Source of the DNA: Deltaproteobacteria bacterium
Lineage (GTDB): Bacteria; Myxococcota; B64-G9
Length of the DNA: 47,128 nt
Assembly (NCBI GenBank): GCA_003647095.1
Contig: QMME01000001.1
Span: forward strand, 1-47,128
Direction: 5' to 3'
Part shown: in pieces, positions 43,971 to 47,128 of the stretch
Layout of the letters: every line of letters starts with the position of its first letter
Position numbering within the stretch: the first letter of the stretch is position 1
The notes under the pieces: generated by a model
Databases searched by the model: none
Seen by the model: the letters and a program-made list of their open reading frames with translations, nothing else
What the model was told of the DNA's origin: nothing
Position numbers and translations under genes: made by a program

Positions 43971-44231
43971 GCCGAGGTACTTCATGACTGAGCCCTGGCT
44001 GACAAAGACACTGATGGCGCCGGCGATGAAGAAGGCCGGCACCAGGCAGAGCAGCACGTGCTCCCGGGCGTACCATTTGAGGAGCTTCAGGCCCTCGCCG
44101 ACGGCGGACATGAAGCGCTCGCTGCCTGCGGGCAGAAACCAGCAGGCGGCGAAAACCGCCAGCATGATCGATAGCCTGGTGCGCTCTTTCACCGCCGCCT
44201 TCCGAGATCCGCAGCGTGGCAACATGGCCAT
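43971..44231 (-). pseudogene. N-terminal stub of a COG0701/ArsP-type permease
   Basis: LKWYAREHVLLCLVPAFFIAGAISVFVSQGSVMKYLG matches the first ~87 aa of this ~330-aa permease family. The similarity stops at 43971. Confidence 0.5.
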
Positions 44232-44265
44232 ATTGGCAACATTGATTCAAAAAAAACCGGCCCAT

Positions 44266-44562
44266 TCATGCCCGCTCCTTGATTACCTGCATGGCGCAGG
44301 AAAAGAAGTCCATCACGCATGGGGTAAGCAGCCTGTAGTAGACCACGTTGCCTTCGCGCCGGTCCTCTACGATGCCGTGGCTGCGAAGCACGGCCAGGTG
44401 CTTGGACACGGTAGAGCGATCCAGGCCCACCAGATCGGTCAGTTCTCCCACCGAGCACTCGCCGCGGGAGAGCCGGTCGACTATCTTCAGGCGCGACTCG
44501 TTGGCCAGGGCCTTGAGCACCCGCGCCTGCATCTTGAAAACACTGTCATCGGCCCGTGGCAT
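44266..44562 (-). CDS. ArsR/SmtB-family regulator lacking the CVC arsenite site (candidate thiol/persulfide sensor)
   Basis: Start at MPRADDSVFKMQARVLKALANESRLKIVDRL behind GGAGGAG. It has ECSVGEL in place of ELCVCD, plus C-terminal Cys residues (TPCVMDFFSCAM). Confidence 0.85.
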   Translation of the reverse strand: MPRADDSVFKMQARVLKALANESRLKIVDRLSRGECSVGELTDLVGLDRSTVSKHLAVLRSHGIVEDRREGNVVYYRLLTPCVMDFFSCAMQVIKERA

Positions 44563-44586
44563 GGCTCCTCCAGCACTGCCGCGGAA

Positions 44587-44615
44587 AGTGTGTGGCATGT
44601 TGGCCAAGTTGTCAA
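44587..44615 (-). promoter_or_regulatory. Candidate promoter/operator of the arsR-led cluster
   Basis: On the minus strand: TTGACA (44615-44610), 17 nt spacer, CACACT (44592-44587). It overlaps the imperfect palindrome CATGTTGG/CCAAGTTG (44596-44611), whose core is TTGGCCAA. Confidence 0.35.
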
Positions 44616-44699
44616 GGTTGCCGTTTCCTTCATGTCCCACCGACGGCTCTTCCATTCGTGAACGGTGTCGCGGAGCGAAAAATAGAATCCGAAAAAGCA

Positions 44700-44712
44700 C
44701 GGGGACAGGCCC
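44700..44712 (+). repeat. Solo copy CGGGGACAGGCCC of the dispersed repeat
   Basis: Lies upstream of the arsR cluster at the edge of the next module. Confidence 0.6.
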
Positions 44713-45044
44713 AAGAAGAACTCGTCCGACAACTACCCTGACACTCACCGGAATCGACGCGGCTCGATTTCGGTGTACCGCTGCGCCTGGCCACCGAAGA
44801 GATCTGTATCTTTGCGTCATGCCCGAAGACAGCCACGCGATTCTCCTTGATTGCCGCGCCCAAAGCCGCAAAGATCAACCCATGAACTTATTCGTTTGGA
44901 ATGAAACCCAACAAGATCCCCGCATACAGGCGGAACCGAAAGGGCCTTTTTGGGGCCTACACGTACTTTATAGATTGTTCGCGACACACTTGATGCCATA
45001 AGGCGGTTAGACCACGTGAGCGGTCACGAAATATCAAAGGAGAG

Positions 45045-45647
45045 TTGTCCATGGCATTTTTGGGAGAATTGATCATCCCTGTGGCCACAATCATCGTTGG
45101 ACTCCTGTTTTTTTGGGGTCTGTCTGAATTGTTTTTTCTCGATATTTTAGGACTGGGACGTAGAAAAGCGATTCATCAATTACCAAAGGCGGCAAAAAAA
45201 TTCGGCTTCAAAGAAGACAAAAGCAAAACATCCCACAACTACGGCAAATACACCGGAACATATGGCGGGTATAATTTTGTGGTTAACCCGGAGAGCAGTG
45301 CCACCATCGAGTTGCACATGGACCCTGTTCCAGGCCTTGAGGAGATCGCCACATACAGGAAACAAACAAATTTCGATAGTGGAAATAATGGGTTTGATGG
45401 TTTTCTCAAAACACGTCTTGCATCCGATGACCTTGGGAGAAAACTGCGGGATGCCACCCCTTTTCTGGAGCATACCGTGCAGTTCGTCAAGCGCTGGAAG
45501 CGACCGTGCAACTATTTCCAGATTTACAAAGACACCATTTATTTCTCCTTCAAGTACGGCATGGGCCATTATATTCCGGCCTCTGTTCTGGAGGAAATTG
45601 TCCCGGATCTGGTTAAACTTGCCGATCTATTGCAGGCTATACCTTAA
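45045..45647 (+). CDS. Hypothetical membrane-anchored protein in a low-GC segment
   Basis: 200 aa. AAGGAGAG RBS and an N-terminal TM helix. K/N/F/Y-rich composition and roughly 40-45% GC by eye, against about 65-70% for the flanks. Confidence 0.6.
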   Translation: MSMAFLGELIIPVATIIVGLLFFWGLSELFFLDILGLGRRKAIHQLPKAAKKFGFKEDKSKTSHNYGKYTGTYGGYNFVVNPESSATIELHMDPVPGLEEIATYRKQTNFDSGNNGFDGFLKTRLASDDLGRKLRDATPFLEHTVQFVKRWKRPCNYFQIYKDTIYFSFKYGMGHYIPASVLEEIVPDLVKLADLLQAIP

Positions 45648-45714
45648 TGCGGCCTGACGTGCTCTCGCCCAATACGCAAGGAGCCAGGCCCCGAGGGCGA
45701 TCAGCCCAAAGCGC

Positions 45715-46119
45715 TTACTTTTTCTTGAGCAACGCATTCTGCGTGACGCTGATAAAGGCCGTGCCCGCCTGGTTGAAGCGGTCCATGACCTGGGCGAAGT
45801 CGAGCAGCGAGCGCGACAGGCGGTCGACCTCGTTGACCACCACGATGTCGATCTTGCCAGCCTCGATGTCGGCCAGTAGGCGCTGGAACGCGGGCCGCTC
45901 CAGGTTGGCGCCGGTGAAGCCGCCGTCGTCGTACTGCTCCTTGATCAGCTTCCAGCCGTCGTGCGCCTGGGACTTGATGTACCGCTCGCAGGACTCGCGC
46001 TGGGCGTCCAAGGTGTTGAAGTCTTGATCGAGCCCGATGGAGGTCGACTTGCGAGTGTAGATCGCACACCGCCTGGTCTCCGGCGGCGGGCCGGCGTTGC
46101 CGTTTCGGCGCTTCCTCAT
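45715..46119 (-). pseudogene. Large serine recombinase, catalytic N-terminal domain only (3'-truncated)
   Basis: [11 protein letters not shown] (catalytic Ser), [28 protein letters not shown]. Homology ends at FISVTQ, followed by NALLKKK*, where full-length proteins continue for more than 350 aa. Confidence 0.8.
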
Positions 46120-46667
46120 TGTTCCGCTCCCGCCCTGGCTCTCCGCGTCCGCTGCTTCAAACGGAAGAAGAGGAAGCCGTTCCACCGCGTCCCGGTGATC
46201 TCCAGGGCGATCTTCGAGAGGCTCTTGTACCGGCTGCCCTGGTACTCGAAGCCGTCATCGAGCACGGTGACCCGGTGTTCGACGCCCTTGTGCTCGCGGG
46301 TCAAGACCGTGCCCGGCGGCGGCAGGGCCGGATCGCGCTGCGGTTCTTCCAGCGCTGGTGCTGGCGGTGCTTTCCGTGAGCCCCCGTTGCTCGCCCGCCA
46401 TCGGACCGGCGCGTCGGGCGCCAGCTCCTGGATGCGCTTTTGGGCATGGTCCGAGAGCCCGCCCTCGGCCAGCTCCTGGATGCGCCAGGCGACCTTCTTC
46501 TTGAGGTAGGGCTTGTTGCCGCTGCGGGTGGGCTCGCCAAAGACCTCGCGGTACCTGTCCTTGAGCTGGCCCACGGTCATTTCGTGGAGCGCGGCGAGCT
46601 GCCCGGCGACGTCGGCGACCGCCGCCCGCCCGCGCCTGTCCTTCTTGCGTTTTCGGGTTGTCATCAT
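46116..46667 (-). CDS. DUF2924 domain protein (recombinase-associated)
   Basis: 183 aa. [60 protein letters not shown] overlap with the recombinase start. Confidence 0.8.
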   Translation of the reverse strand: MMTTRKRKKDRRGRAAVADVAGQLAALHEMTVGQLKDRYREVFGEPTRSGNKPYLKKKVAWRIQELAEGGLSDHAQKRIQELAPDAPVRWRASNGGSRKAPPAPALEEPQRDPALPPPGTVLTREHKGVEHRVTVLDDGFEYQGSRYKSLSKIALEITGTRWNGFLFFRLKQRTRRARAGAEQ

Positions 46668-46865
46668 CGTCCTCCTCGGCTCGTGGTCTCGTCGCCGGGG
46701 CCCCTGTAGACCCGGCTCTCGAGAGCCATGGAGGCGTTCTCCGGGCCGTTTAGCAACTCAATAAGCAGAGCAAATTCAAGCATTTGAACTGCTCTCGCGG
46801 GCTGTGTTCTCGTCGATGTCATCGGGGGATGTGGCGGCGTCCTGGAGCGCGTGTGTAAACGGCGA

Positions 46866-47128
46866 TCACAAACCGCGGGATTTTGGCGGAGAGGCCGCGG
46901 TTTTGGAGTTTTCGATGACGGGTTCATTGACGAGCTGCTGGAATTTGGAGCTGATGTAGGCGATGAAGAAGGGTTCGAGTTCTTCGTTCGTGAGTCGGGT
47001 GGCGACCAAGCGGAAGTAGGCGAGCGAGGAAATCGGCCCGAGGTTGCCGGAATCCCGGCGCCTGAGGGTTGCGAGGCGGATGGCGTGCAGGACGTTTTCG
47101 AGTGGGATCTGCCGGCTGAAGAGATTCG
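46866..47128 (-). CDS. Hypothetical protein, C-terminal part (N-terminus beyond the right edge)
   Basis: Not in the track because there is no start in the window. Manual translation gives NLFSRQIPLENVLHAIRLATLRRRDSGNLGPISSLAYFRLVATRLTNEELEPFFIAYISSKFQQLVNEPVIENSK..*, which has a natural composition. Confidence 0.4.
   Translation of the reverse strand, partial: NLFSRQIPLENVLHAIRLATLRRRDSGNLGPISSLAYFRLVATRLTNEELEPFFIAYISSKFQQLVNEPVIENSKTAASPPKSRGL

Larger units (their letters stand above)
45715..47128 (-). mobile_element. Remnant of an integrative element (partial ORF - DUF2924 - truncated serine recombinase)
   Basis: The gene order and couplings are as listed. The recombinase is disrupted about 100 bp from the low-GC cargo gene. 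Confidence 0.55.

Noticed and set aside
44630-44878. An 82-aa minus-strand ORF (MIFAALGAAIKENRVAVFGHDAKIQ...) between the arsR cluster and the low-GC gene
   Set aside because: Only the first ~27 aa look protein-like, after which the sequence degenerates. There is no RBS and no recognisable family. It may be another gene stub, but this cannot be supported.
46664-46927. An 87-aa minus-strand ORF upstream of the DUF2924 gene, with an ATGATGA stop/start overlap
   Set aside because: Most of it is Pro/Arg/Thr-rich and overlaps the better-looking partial CDS (46866..47128) in another frame. Only the last ~39 codons could be real. There is insufficient evidence to call it.

Overview
This is a 47.1 kb, very GC-rich window (about 65-70% by eye) with dense bacterial coding. 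Many long antisense shadow ORFs in the six-frame track were discarded. A MYXO-CTERM-type sorting tail (GCGC...hydrophobic...KRRR) on one secreted protein hints at a Myxococcota-like host.

Left half, about 1-24.9 kb. This looks like ordinary chromosome:
- a porin-like OMP
- a HepT/MntA (HEPN/MNT) toxin-antitoxin pair, translationally coupled to a GDPD lipoprotein
- a DUF4143 AAA ATPase behind an AT-rich promoter
- crotonase, an NMO/FabK-like oxidoreductase, TraB/GumN and an orphan MlaE permease
- an EF-G paralog and an acyl-CoA synthetase
- two large secreted proteins, a DUF1848 protein, an OMP and a DUF6544-like protein

Right half, accessory and mosaic:
- About 24.9-36.0 kb is a patchwork of short modules: arsR-acr3, nhaA, an ankyrin protein, and two divergent paralogs of an unknown family.
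- These modules are interleaved with gene stubs and pseudogenes: katG, a Fic gene, a PHB-depolymerase-type esterase tail, and a decayed ORF.
- A dispersed GGGGACAGGC-type palindromic repeat family runs through it.
- It also carries a 202-bp duplication whose 8 differences are all synonymous, and a 36-bp direct repeat.
- 36.0-44.6 kb is a compact minus-strand cluster under ArsR and Crp regulators. It holds YeeE/YedE, two TauE/SafE, a rhodanese, two FmdE-like zinc-ribbon proteins, two Fe-S proteins and a DUF2490 OM protein.
- 44.9-47.1 kb is a decayed integrative element: DUF2924 plus a truncated large serine recombinase, next to a visibly low-GC cargo gene.

The ArsR/Crp cluster is my best candidate for an uncharacterised sulfur/selenium-handling system. 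No rRNA, tRNA or CRISPR array was found. All family calls are from motif recognition by eye, with no database search.
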